DNA of 64,000 bases from an uncultured Acidimicrobiales bacterium (GCA_951812975.1 CATOTC010000005.1:242773-306772), one strand, 5' to 3'; positions 46,626 through 56,791 are shown, counted from the stretch's first letter. Notes: generated from the sequence alone by a model not told the origin. Program-made: numbers and translations.

Positions 46626-46810
46626 ACGTCACAGACACACCCAACAGCGAACCGATCAGGAACGCGGCACCGCAAGCGCGAACTCGCTACGTCACAGACA
46701 CACCCAACAGCGAACCGATCAGGAACGCGGCACCGCAAGCGCGAACTCGCTACGTCACAGACACACCCAACAGCGAACCGATCAGGAACGTGGCACCGCA
46801 AGCGCCTGCC
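46626..46810. repeat. 63-bp tandem repeat x~3; each unit re-encodes the C-terminus plus stop of the VIT transporter gene
   Basis: Unit starts at 46626, 46689 and 46752 (period 63). Reverse-complement translation of each unit gives ...FLIGSLLGVSVT*. Confidence 0.85.
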
Positions 46811-47550
46811 GCCACCAGAACCTGACGCAGAGCGGTGCGGACCTTGGAACGCCCGGTGAAGATCGCCAGCGCAACCCCCGCCAGCGTTGCGGCCACGACT
46901 GCCATCACGACCGAGGCGACCGCAGCGCCGTTCCCATCGGCGAACAGCCACGGGAACAAGGGCACGAAAGCGCCCGTCGCGAATGCTGCGAACGACGACA
47001 GCGCCACCCGCAGGGGACTGCCGGCGCCCTCGGGGTCCACGCCGAGTTCCTCGCGTGCGTGCACATCCAGGGCGACTTCAGGATCCGCCATTATCTCGCT
47101 GGCAAGCTTCTCGGCGCTCTCGGGCTTCAATCCCCGCTCCCGGTAGATGGCGGTGAGTTCTCGGATCTCCGCTTTGGGATTCTCTTCCAGCGACTTTCGC
47201 TCGATGGCGAGTTCTCTCTCGACGAGTTCGTTGTGCGCGCGGATCGACACCCATTCCCCCGCCGCCATCGAAATGGCACCCGCCAGCAGACCGCTGATGC
47301 CCGCCAGTCGCACCAGCGACCCGTCGGCCGACGCGCCCGTGATGCCGATGATGAGAGCGACGTTGGACACCAGACCGTCGCTGAACCCGAAAACGGCGGC
47401 CCGAGCCTCACCTCCCTGCACATCCCGGTGGCGATGCACCAGATAGCTGTGCGGGTGGTCGTGGTCATGATCATGGTCGTGGGTGTGCGCGTGGCTGTGG
47501 CTCTGGTCGTCGTTTGAACCCTGTTGCTGATCATCTGCAGCCATCGACAC
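46750..47550 (-). CDS. VIT1/CCC1-family iron/manganese transporter with His-rich N-terminus
   Basis: HSHAHTHDHDHDHDHPHS N-terminus. VIT-family TM core. Confidence 0.8.
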   Translation of the reverse strand: MSMAADDQQQGSNDDQSHSHAHTHDHDHDHDHPHSYLVHRHRDVQGGEARAAVFGFSDGLVSNVALIIGITGASADGSLVRLAGISGLLAGAISMAAGEWVSIRAHNELVERELAIERKSLEENPKAEIRELTAIYRERGLKPESAEKLASEIMADPEVALDVHAREELGVDPEGAGSPLRVALSSFAAFATGAFVPLFPWLFADGNGAAVASVVMAVVAATLAGVALAIFTGRSKVRTALRQVLVAAGACGATFLIGSLLGVSVT

Positions 47551-47592
47551 CAGTTTGACAGACGACGCCGACAGTTGTGCCTGAGAAAGCGA

Positions 47593-50019
47593 TTACAGCA
47601 CCGGGACGGTACCGATAACTCCGGACTCCTCCAGAGACGCGATCTCTGAGGCGCCCAGACCCAGTTCAGTCAGGATCTCGTGATTGTGCTGCCCCAAAGT
47701 GGGTGTGGCGTTGGTGATCCAGCGTTCGATGCCTCGCATCCGGTACGGCTGGGCAGGCATGTAGTGCGTTCCGACCTCGCGGTGCTCGACCAACTCGTAG
47801 AAGCCGCGAGCCTCGAACTGGGGGTGGAAGCGCAATGTGGCATGGTTCCGGCAGGCAATCGCAGGCACGCCCGCTGCAACCAGTTCGTCTACGGCCCCCT
47901 CCAGGCTCCGGCGCGCAGCCCAGCGGGAAATGTGCCGGTCCAGTTCGTCGTGGGCAGCTTGGCGATCCTCGAGAATCGCAAAATCGGCCGCCTCCACGCC
48001 GATGATGTCCGCCAGCGGCGTCCACGCCTCGTCGCTGTCACAACAGACCGCCAACCACTGCTCGGGATCCGCGGTCTCATAGATGCCCTGGGGGGCGGCG
48101 AAACGACCGCGGTTGCCGAGCCGGTTCAACCTCACACCGTTCGCGGAGTACTCCACGATCAGCTCCGCCGCACAGTTGATCGCGCCTTCAACCATCGCCG
48201 ACTCGATGAAGACACCCTCGCCGGTGTCGTTTCGCTTGCGAAGTCCCAAGAGCGCTGCGAAGCAACCGTGCATGCCCGCTATCGGGTCGCACGGCCCGCG
48301 GGGGATGCGGGGCTGATCGGCCTCGTGACCGGTCAGCCAGGCCATCCCCGACATCTGCTCCATGGTCTGCGCGAAGCCGACCCGTTCACGCCAGGGGCCG
48401 TCGAGCCCGAACGCCGGCATGCGCACCATCACCAGCCGCGGGTTGCGAACCCGCAGCTCCTCCCAACCAAGGTCGAACGCCTCGATCACCCGTGGACTGA
48501 AGTTCTCGACAACCACATCAGCACCATCGACCAGCCACAGCAGCAGTTCCCGGCCTCGGGGATCGTTGAGATCGAGGGTCAACCCGCGTTTGTCGTGGTT
48601 TGCGGCGAGGAACATGTGCCCCCACTCCCACCACCGCTCCTTGCCGAACATCATGCCGGTGAGACGCATCCCGTCGGGGTGGGAGACCGACTCGACATGG
48701 ATCACGTCGGCACCCAGCGCCGCCATCGCCTGCGTCGCGCAGGGACCCGCCCACCAGCTTGTGAGATCGACCACACGAATCCCCGTGAGAGGTCGAGCAT
48801 CCGGGTCCGAGGAAGATGCCACGCCCACTGATTCAGGGCCACCGCGGGGTTCAGAGGCGACCGCACCCATAGCCGCACCGTCAGGACTACCGCGAGACCC
48901 AGAGGAGAACGTTCGCACAGCCGCAGGCTCAGGACCGCCGCGGGGCTCGATCTGTCCGGTGTGTTCACCGATCGCAGGGGCAGGTCCAGGAATCGGGGAG
49001 CGTTCGCCGTCGATCATTCGCGGCGACCTTGGGGCTTTGAAGCCCTCTGCTGTTGTTGCGAAGAAGCCCCGCGCGACCAGGTGCTCCTCGCTGAGCACCC
49101 CGGCCCCGTCGTTGACCCGCGCCACCGGCACCCTCAGTTCCGAGGCCAACTCCACAATCTCAGCAACCGAGTGCTCGGCCATCCATTCGTCGACGATCGC
49201 CGACCACTCATCGAGGCGGGCAGTCCGGGTACGAAGGTCTCCCCACTCGCTGTCCATCAGGTCGGGCCGTTCAATCATCAGACAGAAACCCTGGAACTGC
49301 TGACGCGTGTTGGTGTTGAAACCCACCCAGCCGTCACGGGCACGTTCAATCGAGGGAGTCTCAATCGAGCGCGTCGGGAGTTCGGTCCGACCCGACATCT
49401 GCTGGGACAGGTCCGCGAAGGTCGACGCTGCCAACGCCGTCGACTCAGCCATCGACACATCGACCACCTCGCCTCGACCGCAACTGCGAGCCCGGTCGAC
49501 CGCGGCCAGTGTGGGCGGGGCCGCGTAACACGCCGCCATCCACTCGAACACGTCACCACCGGCCATGTACGGAGGCAACGAGACATGGCCACGACAACTG
49601 ATCGACCCGGTGTCGGCCTGCACCAGAAACTCGTTGAGCGACCGCTCAGCCCACGGCCCGGTCAGCCCGTAAGGCCGAATCGAGGTGATCACGCCGAACC
49701 GGTGGCGCTCCTCGATACCCGCAACATCGGCCGGCGTGAGCGTGTCATCGACGACGATCAGATCGGAGCCGGCGAGCAGTTCCTCTACGGCCTGTTCGCC
49801 CAGCGCACCCACCACCGAGCGAGTCCCCGCAGCCAAAAACGAGAACAACGGGCCGTTGTCGCCCTCCGCCACCGGCACCGCGCTGCGTCGGCGCAACTCA
49901 GCGCCCAGCTCGGACTCAACCCGAACAACATCGGCGCCCGCGTCAGCAAACAGACGCGACAGGTAAGCGCCGGAGATACCGTCGCTGAGATCGGCAACGC
50001 GGACGTCTCGCAGAATCAC
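47593..50019 (-). CDS. fused tandem family-III CoA-transferase (two CaiB/BaiF domains) with Pro/Gly-rich linker
   Basis: Two complete CoA_transf_3 domains (residues ~1-340 and ~420-808). They are joined by EPRGGPE...EPRGGPE repeats. Confidence 0.8.
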   Translation of the reverse strand: MILRDVRVADLSDGISGAYLSRLFADAGADVVRVESELGAELRRRSAVPVAEGDNGPLFSFLAAGTRSVVGALGEQAVEELLAGSDLIVVDDTLTPADVAGIEERHRFGVITSIRPYGLTGPWAERSLNEFLVQADTGSISCRGHVSLPPYMAGGDVFEWMAACYAAPPTLAAVDRARSCGRGEVVDVSMAESTALAASTFADLSQQMSGRTELPTRSIETPSIERARDGWVGFNTNTRQQFQGFCLMIERPDLMDSEWGDLRTRTARLDEWSAIVDEWMAEHSVAEIVELASELRVPVARVNDGAGVLSEEHLVARGFFATTAEGFKAPRSPRMIDGERSPIPGPAPAIGEHTGQIEPRGGPEPAAVRTFSSGSRGSPDGAAMGAVASEPRGGPESVGVASSSDPDARPLTGIRVVDLTSWWAGPCATQAMAALGADVIHVESVSHPDGMRLTGMMFGKERWWEWGHMFLAANHDKRGLTLDLNDPRGRELLLWLVDGADVVVENFSPRVIEAFDLGWEELRVRNPRLVMVRMPAFGLDGPWRERVGFAQTMEQMSGMAWLTGHEADQPRIPRGPCDPIAGMHGCFAALLGLRKRNDTGEGVFIESAMVEGAINCAAELIVEYSANGVRLNRLGNRGRFAAPQGIYETADPEQWLAVCCDSDEAWTPLADIIGVEAADFAILEDRQAAHDELDRHISRWAARRSLEGAVDELVAAGVPAIACRNHATLRFHPQFEARGFYELVEHREVGTHYMPAQPYRMRGIERWITNATPTLGQHNHEILTELGLGASEIASLEESGVIGTVPVL

Positions 50020-50033
50020 ATCACCGACTCACC

Positions 50034-50900
50034 TCAGCTCGAGGCGCCGACAATGACCTTGTCACCCCACGCGGCGAGCGCATCGGCCGTGTCTCTGAAA
50101 AACAGGAAGGACGGCACGATCATGCGGCTCGCCCCCCAGGAGGCCAGCTCCTCGACGGCGGCGCCCGGATCATCACCGAATATGCCCATGTGCTGGCCGG
50201 TCAACTCGATCGCCGCTGGATCACGGCCATGGTCCGCGGCGGTCTGGCGAACGATCTCGTACAACTCCGGCAAATCGCCTTTGGCCGGCCAGAAACCGTC
50301 TCCGACGCGGCCCGCCCGTTCCGCGGCCGCACGGCTGTGCCCGCCGATGTGGATCGGTACGGAGCCGCTGGCCGGCTTGGGGTTGCAGGAGATCGGGTCG
50401 AAGCTGACGAACTCTCCGTCGAAGGACACGGCATCGTCGGCCCAGAGTGCCCGCATCACCTCCATGTACTCCTCGGTGCGAGGACCGCGCCGCGGCCACG
50501 GCACACCGAGCGCTTCGAACTCTTCTTTGAGCCAGCCGATGCCGATTCCCAACTCGACTCGCCCACCCGACATGTTGTCGAGCGTGGCCACCTCCTTGGC
50601 ATAGGTGATCGGGCTGCGCTCAGGGAGCAGTGAGATACCGGTGGCGAGACGCAGGTTGGTCGTGTGGGCGGCCACGAACCCGAGCCAGATCAAAGGATCG
50701 GGGATCGGGCTTTCGCCTGTACCGGGCATCTTCCCGCTCTCGTCGTAGGGGTAGGTGGACTGGTACCCCTCGGGATAGATGATGTGTTCAACAGTCCACA
50801 CCGACTCGAAGCCCGCTGCTTCAGCGGCTTGACCGATCATCTTGGCACCCTCGCCGGTACCGAAGTGCATGACGTTGGCAAACGCCAGTCCGAATTTCAT
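50034..50900 (-). CDS. LLM-class (luciferase-like) flavin/F420-dependent oxidoreductase
   Basis: MKFGLAF start. TIM-barrel LLM motifs. Confidence 0.85.
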   Translation of the reverse strand: MKFGLAFANVMHFGTGEGAKMIGQAAEAAGFESVWTVEHIIYPEGYQSTYPYDESGKMPGTGESPIPDPLIWLGFVAAHTTNLRLATGISLLPERSPITYAKEVATLDNMSGGRVELGIGIGWLKEEFEALGVPWPRRGPRTEEYMEVMRALWADDAVSFDGEFVSFDPISCNPKPASGSVPIHIGGHSRAAAERAGRVGDGFWPAKGDLPELYEIVRQTAADHGRDPAAIELTGQHMGIFGDDPGAAVEELASWGASRMIVPSFLFFRDTADALAAWGDKVIVGASS

Positions 50901-51035
50901 GTCTGGATCCTTATTCTGGTTGGTGAAACGTTCATCCTGCCACTGTTTTGTCCCCGGGCGTAACCGGAGCCTCTGCAATTGCCGGGCGTAACCGGAGCCG
51001 CCTGCGCTCACACCGGGCGCGGCCGGTGGCTGGAT

Positions 51036-51677
51036 TCAGTCGAGCCAAGGTTCGTCGAGCTCCCAGGGCTCGATCCTCTCAGGTTCGGCAGCCTGCGAGT
51101 GGCGCGGTTCGGCCATTGCCTTGGCCGCGATGACGCCGCCCAGCATGCCGAACAGGTGCCCCTCCCAAGAGATGAAGTCCTGGGGCACGATCCCGGCCAC
51201 CAACCCGCCGTAGAGCATGATCACCAACAGCGCCGAGGCCAATGCCCTTACGCGGCGTTCGAAGACCGCCGCGGCGAGGATCGCTCCGAAATACCCGAAC
51301 ACCACCCCGCTGGCACCGATGTGGTTGCCGAATCCCGCGAGCGCCCAGGTCAGGCCGCCCCCGACGACTATCACCGTCACTGTCACCCACGCCCAGTAGC
51401 GCATCCCCCGCACCGCGACCAGTCCACCGAGAATCAGCAGAGGCAGCGAGTTCGAGGTGACGTGGCCGAAGTCGGAATGGAGGAACGGCGCGAAGGCGAT
51501 GCCGTCGATCCCTTCTCGGCGCCGGGGAAGGATGCCGTTGCCCTGAAGCCGATCGTCGAGCGCGAGCGTGTCGACGATCTCGATTCCCCACATCACCGCC
51601 AGGGCCAGGACCAGCAGACCGACCGGTGTCCACAGCAGTCGCCAGAACGAGCGCCTCGGTTCTGCGGATTCGGCCAT
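51036..51677 (-). CDS. rhomboid family intramembrane serine protease
   Basis: GASG catalytic serine motif and downstream His in a TM helix. About six TM helices. Confidence 0.8.
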   Translation of the reverse strand: MAESAEPRRSFWRLLWTPVGLLVLALAVMWGIEIVDTLALDDRLQGNGILPRRREGIDGIAFAPFLHSDFGHVTSNSLPLLILGGLVAVRGMRYWAWVTVTVIVVGGGLTWALAGFGNHIGASGVVFGYFGAILAAAVFERRVRALASALLVIMLYGGLVAGIVPQDFISWEGHLFGMLGGVIAAKAMAEPRHSQAAEPERIEPWELDEPWLD

Positions 51678-51757
51678 GCCTCATCGTAGATGCGGCTCGC
51701 AGGAGAATTTCGCTAAGTTGTCCGCTACCGGGTCAACGACCAGCAGGAAAGACGGAG

Positions 51758-52708
51758 ATGAGCGACAACCCTCAGCCGCTGGGAGGCAACGAGACGCCGC
51801 GGTTCGGCGGAATCGCCACGTTCATGCGCCTTCCGGCAACATCGTCGCCCGAGGATCTGGATGTTGCCGTGGTTGGGGTGCCCTTCGACATCGGTACCTC
51901 GAACCGGCCCGGTGCAAGGTTCGGCCCCCGAGGAATCCGTGAGGAGTCGGTGCTGCTGCGTCCGTACAACATGGCCACACGGGCCGCTCCCTTCGACAGT
52001 CTGCGCATCGACGACGTGGGCGACGTGGCCACCAACCCCTACAACCTGGCCGATTCGATCGGCCGGATCACCGCGCACTTCGAGGAGCTGCTGCGGCATG
52101 ACCTCGTGACTGTCGCCATGGGTGGCGATCACACCATCGTGCTGCCGATTCTTCGGGCCATGGCCGCCAAACACGGGCCTGTCGGATTGGTGCACATCGA
52201 CGCCCACACCGACATCAACGACACCATGTTCGGCGAGAAGATCGCTCATGGCACCCCGTTTCGCCGTGCCGTCGAGGAGGGCCTGCTCGACGGCCCGCGC
52301 GTCGTCCAGATCGGTATGCGCGGCACCGGTTACGCCGCGGATGATTTCGACTGGTCCCGGGAGCAGGGGTTCCGGGTGGTGCAGGTCGAGGAGTGCTGGC
52401 ATCTGAGCCTCGATCCGCTGATGGCGGAGGTGCGTGACCAACTCGGGGAGGGACCGGTTTATCTGAGCTTCGACATCGACGGCCTCGACCCGTCGTTCGC
52501 CCCCGGTACGGGAACGCCGGAGATCGCCGGCCTGACCACGATCCAAGCCCTTGAGATCATCCGTGGTTGCCGCGGCCTGGACCTGGTGGGCTGCGACCTT
52601 GTGGAGGTGGCTCCCGTCTACGACGCCAGCGGAGCCACTTCGCTGACCGCCGCCAACATGCTCTACGAGATGCTCTGCGTCCTACCCGGGGTCGAGTATC
52701 GGAAGTGA
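51758..52708 (+). CDS. agmatinase/ureohydrolase family protein (arginase fold)
   Basis: Mn-binding motifs GGDHTI, DAHTD, SFDIDGLDP. AGGAAAGACGGAG RBS. Confidence 0.9.
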   Translation: MSDNPQPLGGNETPRFGGIATFMRLPATSSPEDLDVAVVGVPFDIGTSNRPGARFGPRGIREESVLLRPYNMATRAAPFDSLRIDDVGDVATNPYNLADSIGRITAHFEELLRHDLVTVAMGGDHTIVLPILRAMAAKHGPVGLVHIDAHTDINDTMFGEKIAHGTPFRRAVEEGLLDGPRVVQIGMRGTGYAADDFDWSREQGFRVVQVEECWHLSLDPLMAEVRDQLGEGPVYLSFDIDGLDPSFAPGTGTPEIAGLTTIQALEIIRGCRGLDLVGCDLVEVAPVYDASGATSLTAANMLYEMLCVLPGVEYRK

Positions 52709-53565
52709 CCAGCGGCCGAAATCCAACGGCGGACGACGAGACCGAGAACCGGTCAAGACAGCGTGACCTGTATGTCGATTTATTGATGGGGTGCCTCACC
52801 CGCGAGCTGTTCCTGACTGAGGAGACCCACGACGTCGATCTCTCGGAATGGCCAGGTGACACCGACATGCTTCGGTCAGTTCTCAAAGCCAACAGATGGC
52901 GTCTGATGAGGACTGGCGGCCGACACGCTGCTCGAGCCGAAGGCCACGACTGGCCGCCGACCGCCGAGACCATGGTCGGCCGGCAGCGGCTCGCAGATGT
53001 CCGTTGGTGCATTGATCAGGTAATGGCCGAAGGCGTGGTGGGTGACTTCATCGAGACCGGCGTATGGCGCGGCGGGGTGACGATCCTGATGAAGGGGATG
53101 CTCGAGGCGTGGGGCGACACCCGACGGCGCGTCTGGGTGGCCGACAGCTTCCGCGGCCTGCCCGTGCCCAATGTCGAGGAATACCCTGCCGATGAGGGAC
53201 ATGACATGTCCAAAGTGAGAACGCTGCAGGTGTCGGCCGACGAAGTCCGCGCCAACTTCGAACGGTACGGACTCCTCGACGAGCGGGTGTGTTTCCTCGA
53301 GGGCTGGTTCGCCGACACCCTGGCAACCGCTCCGATCGACCGGCTCGCGATCCTGAGGCTCGACGGCGACCTGTACGAATCAACCACCGATGCCCTGATT
53401 GCGCTGTACCCCAAGCTCAGCGTCGGCGGATATGTGCTGGTCGACGACTACGGCGCCTGGGAACCCTGCCGTAAGGCGGTGGACGACTACCGGGCGACCC
53501 ATGGAATCACAGACGAGATCGTGCCTGTCGACTGGACCGGCATCCACTGGCGGCGCAGCAACTGA
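52705..53565 (+). CDS. TylF/MycF-family SAM-dependent O-methyltransferase (macrocin O-methyltransferase family)
   Basis: GDFIETGVWRGG SAM motif, LRLDGDLYEST, VLVDDYG. GTG start overlapping the upstream stop (GTGA). Confidence 0.75.
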   Translation: MTSGRNPTADDETENRSRQRDLYVDLLMGCLTRELFLTEETHDVDLSEWPGDTDMLRSVLKANRWRLMRTGGRHAARAEGHDWPPTAETMVGRQRLADVRWCIDQVMAEGVVGDFIETGVWRGGVTILMKGMLEAWGDTRRRVWVADSFRGLPVPNVEEYPADEGHDMSKVRTLQVSADEVRANFERYGLLDERVCFLEGWFADTLATAPIDRLAILRLDGDLYESTTDALIALYPKLSVGGYVLVDDYGAWEPCRKAVDDYRATHGITDEIVPVDWTGIHWRRSN

Positions 53566-53566
53566 C

Positions 53567-54256
53567 ATGGGCGAGATCGGTACCTACTACGAGTTGTTGC
53601 GTCTGGCCCATGATGCGCTCAAACCTCGGCGCTATCTGGAGATCGGGGTCCACAAGGGTCATTCGCTGGCGCTGTTGAGGGCCGGGACCCACGCGGTCGG
53701 GGTCGATCCTGAGCCAATGGTCGAGAACCCTCCCGGCAACGCCATGATCGTCTCGGCGACCTCCGACGACTTCTTCGGCGATCCCGACCTGCAGGCGTTG
53801 CTCGAAGGTCCGCTCGACCTGGCCTTCGTCGACGGACTCCACCTCTTCGAGCAGGCCCTGCGAGATGTGGCCAACGTGGAACGCCACAGCAGCCCCGACG
53901 GCATCATCCTCATACACGACTGCCTTCCGATCGACGCGGTGACCTCGGCCCGGGAGCAGACCACGATGGTCTGGTCCGGCGACGTATGGAAGGTTGTCGT
54001 GGCTCTGCGCCGCCACCGGGAGGATCTGACCGTCACGACCGTCGATGTCGAACCCACCGGTCTGGCGATCGTCTCCGGCCTCGACCCCGACAACACTGTG
54101 CTGTTCGACCGCTACGAAGCGATCGTCGACGAGCTGGCGGACCTTTGCTACGACGATTTGCAGGCCCTCGGCCGCGACGAGGCGCTCAACGTCGTTGATG
54201 CCCACCCAGAAACGGTCAGGGCGCTCCTCACCACTGGCCGCGTCAAGACTGCCTGA
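53567..54256 (+). CDS. class I SAM-dependent methyltransferase (Methyltransf_24 / cephalosporin-hydroxylase-like)
   Basis: YLEIGVHKGHS, AFVDGLH and IILIHD motifs. ATG 1 bp after the upstream stop. Confidence 0.75.
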   Translation: MGEIGTYYELLRLAHDALKPRRYLEIGVHKGHSLALLRAGTHAVGVDPEPMVENPPGNAMIVSATSDDFFGDPDLQALLEGPLDLAFVDGLHLFEQALRDVANVERHSSPDGIILIHDCLPIDAVTSAREQTTMVWSGDVWKVVVALRRHREDLTVTTVDVEPTGLAIVSGLDPDNTVLFDRYEAIVDELADLCYDDLQALGRDEALNVVDAHPETVRALLTTGRVKTA

Positions 54257-54345
54257 GGTCTCCGCCTCGCCCGGGGATCGACTGAAATGGGTCGTGGGGC
54301 TAAAGTCGGGGATTCGAGACGGTCGAAGACACGGAGAACAGAACA

Positions 54346-55431
54346 ATGCCACAAACGGTCAAAGGAGTAATTTCAGCGGCGGTTGGTGAACCGGTCACGT
54401 TGACCGACATCGTGATCCCCGATCCCGGGCCGGGAGAGGCAGTCGTGGCGATCCAGGCTTGCGGTGTGTGCCACACCGACCTCCACTATCGCGAGGGCGG
54501 TATCAACGGCGATTTCCCGTTCCTGCTCGGCCATGAGGCCTCCGGCATCGTCGAATCCGTCGGCGAGGGAGTGACCGAAGTCGCTCCGGGTGACTTCGTG
54601 ATCCTCAACTGGCGGGCGGTTTGCGGCGACTGCCGGTCATGCAACCGCGGCAGGCCGCATCTCTGTTTCAGCACGCACAACGCGGAACAGACGATGACGC
54701 TCACCGACGGCACCGAACTGTCGCCCGCCCTCGGAATCGGGGCATTCGCGGAGAAGACCCTCGTTGCGTCCGGTCAGTGCACCAAGGTCGACCCCGAGGC
54801 CTCCCCCGCTGCCGCGGGCCTGCTGGGTTGCGGGGTGATGGCTGGCATCGGTGCGGCCATCAACACCGGCGGTGTAGGCCGCGGCGACAGCGTCGCGGTG
54901 TTCGGTTGCGGAGGTGTGGGCAACGCCGCCATTGCCGGCTCGAAACTGGCCGGGGCATCCAACATCATCGCCGTCGACATCGACGACGGTAAGCTCGAAC
55001 TGGCGAAGGGTTTCGGCGCCAACCACACGATCAACTCCCGCGAAGAGAACGCGGTTGAGAAGATCCAGGAATACACCGGCGGGTTCGGCGCCGATGTCAC
55101 CATCGACGCCATCGGCCTGCCCGAGGTGTACCGGCAGTGTTTCGAAGCCCGGGACCTTGCCGGCACCGTCGTGCTCGTCGGTGTCCCCACACCCGAGATG
55201 AGAATCGAACTGCCCTTCCAGGAGGTCTTCGGTCGAGGCGGGTCGCTCAAGTCGAGTTGGTACGGCGACTGCCTGCCGAGCAGGGACTTCCCGATGCTCG
55301 TCGACCTCTACCGTCAGGGCCGGCTCGACCTCGACGGCTTCGTGTCTGAGACGATCGCGCTCGACGGTGTGGAAGAGGCGTTCCACAAGATGGAACGGGG
55401 CGAGGTTCTGCGTTCGGTGGTCATCATCTGA
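54346..55431 (+). CDS. class III zinc alcohol dehydrogenase / S-(hydroxymethyl)mycothiol (formaldehyde) dehydrogenase
   Basis: GVCHTD Zn motif. [12 protein letters not shown]. Structural-Zn Cys cluster. GCGGVG Rossmann. Confidence 0.85.
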   Translation: MPQTVKGVISAAVGEPVTLTDIVIPDPGPGEAVVAIQACGVCHTDLHYREGGINGDFPFLLGHEASGIVESVGEGVTEVAPGDFVILNWRAVCGDCRSCNRGRPHLCFSTHNAEQTMTLTDGTELSPALGIGAFAEKTLVASGQCTKVDPEASPAAAGLLGCGVMAGIGAAINTGGVGRGDSVAVFGCGGVGNAAIAGSKLAGASNIIAVDIDDGKLELAKGFGANHTINSREENAVEKIQEYTGGFGADVTIDAIGLPEVYRQCFEARDLAGTVVLVGVPTPEMRIELPFQEVFGRGGSLKSSWYGDCLPSRDFPMLVDLYRQGRLDLDGFVSETIALDGVEEAFHKMERGEVLRSVVII

Positions 55432-56060
55432 TGCCCGTCGAACTCGTCACGACCGACGGAATCTTCGCGCTCGACGGAGGCGAATGGGAGGTCACCAACA
55501 ACATCTGGCTGGTCGGCGACGATCGGGAGGTCGTGATCTTCGACGCGGCCCACGATCATCGACCGATTGTTGACGCCGTCAACGGCCGCCGGGTGAACGC
55601 AATCGTGTGCACCCACGGCCACAACGACCACATCAACGCTGCGGTGGCCCTGCGTGAGGCGGTCGACGCACCGATTCTGCTGCATCCCGATGATCAGATG
55701 CTATGGGATGCGGTGTTCCCCGAAGACTTGACCGACGGCGCTCTGAGGGCGGGGGAGACGATCGGTGCCGGTGGCCACACTCTCGGGATCATCCACACTC
55801 CGGGGCATTCCCCTGGTTGCTGCTGCTTCTACGACGTGGACGCTCAGCGGGTGATGTCGGGCGACACGTTGTTCTGCGGCGGTCCCGGGGCCACCGGACG
55901 CAGCTACAGCGACGAACCGACGATCCTGCGCTCGATCCGCGACCGTCTGCTGACCCTCCCCGGTGGCACCACCGTCCACACCGGCCACGGTGACACCACC
56001 ACCATCGAAGACGAGCGCCAACGGGTCCTCGACCGCATCAGCGAACTCGGCCTGACCTGA
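55431..56060 (+). CDS. MBL-fold metallo-hydrolase (partner of the formaldehyde dehydrogenase; S-formylmycothiol hydrolase-type context)
   Basis: CTHGHNDH motif. ATGA overlap with upstream gene. Confidence 0.8.
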   Translation: MPVELVTTDGIFALDGGEWEVTNNIWLVGDDREVVIFDAAHDHRPIVDAVNGRRVNAIVCTHGHNDHINAAVALREAVDAPILLHPDDQMLWDAVFPEDLTDGALRAGETIGAGGHTLGIIHTPGHSPGCCCFYDVDAQRVMSGDTLFCGGPGATGRSYSDEPTILRSIRDRLLTLPGGTTVHTGHGDTTTIEDERQRVLDRISELGLT

Positions 56061-56095
56061 GCCGACACCGTCCAAACAGGCCGACCACACGGTAA

Positions 56096-56791
56096 TCAGG
56101 GACTCCAGAGGTTGAGCAGTTCGGTGGCAGCGAACCAATGGCGGTTACGGCCCGACCCGTTGCTCTCGACATAGACGCGGGACACGACACCGCACGACGC
56201 AAGTGCCGTCAACGCGGTACGCCCGCTGCGTTCACTGACTCCGAGCAGCTCGGCCACATCACCGGCGCTCAGGACCGGGTGCGCCGGCAGATGGGCGAGC
56301 AGGCCCCGCACGGTGTGATCGGCTCGGAAACCGGAGATGGCTTGTTCCCATCGAGCAATGAGTGCTCGGATCCGATCATATATCTGGTCGGTCGTGAGGG
56401 CGGCCTTCACAGCGACCTCCGCAAACCAAGTGATCCAGGGGTCGGATGTTCCCTGTTGAAAAAGGTGGAGTCCCGCCCATCCGGCGTTGCCACCCCCGCC
56501 CGTTCGTGCCGCCACCACCACAGATTCGATCGGCTCGCGCAGCCCCTCAATTCCTGACGACGCCATCCCTTCATTCCGCAGCAATAGCCTGGCCATCGGC
56601 TCCCAATAATCCTGCATCCGCAGTTCGGACAACCGAAGAGCAGCACACGCTCGCTCTCCAGCCCGGATTGTTGATCCCGACAGATCGAAACGCCGCTCCC
56701 CGAGCAGTGCAGGAACCCACGTCCGGACCAGACGTCCGTTCCATTCCGCATCTACCTCGCGTCCCGGCAAGCCTTCCGAAACTATGTCCAT
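56096..56791 (-). CDS. Fic-family-like protein (Fic_N region + C-terminal wHTH; canonical HPFx(D/E)GNGR motif degenerate)
   Basis: SSGIEGL N-terminal Fic_N-type motif. HLFQQGTSDP sits in place of the catalytic motif. The C-terminal LSAGDVAELLGVSERSGRTALTAL is HTH-like. Confidence 0.4.
   Translation of the reverse strand: MDIVSEGLPGREVDAEWNGRLVRTWVPALLGERRFDLSGSTIRAGERACAALRLSELRMQDYWEPMARLLLRNEGMASSGIEGLREPIESVVVAARTGGGGNAGWAGLHLFQQGTSDPWITWFAEVAVKAALTTDQIYDRIRALIARWEQAISGFRADHTVRGLLAHLPAHPVLSAGDVAELLGVSERSGRTALTALASCGVVSRVYVESNGSGRNRHWFAATELLNLWSP

Noticed and set aside
46580-46825. Forward-strand 81-aa ORF translating the 63-bp repeat (TDTPNSEPIRNAAPQARTRYV x3)
   Set aside because: The same DNA on the minus strand is in frame with, and duplicates, the VIT gene C-terminus and stop. 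The forward ORF has no start context or homology, so it was treated as an artefact of the repeat.
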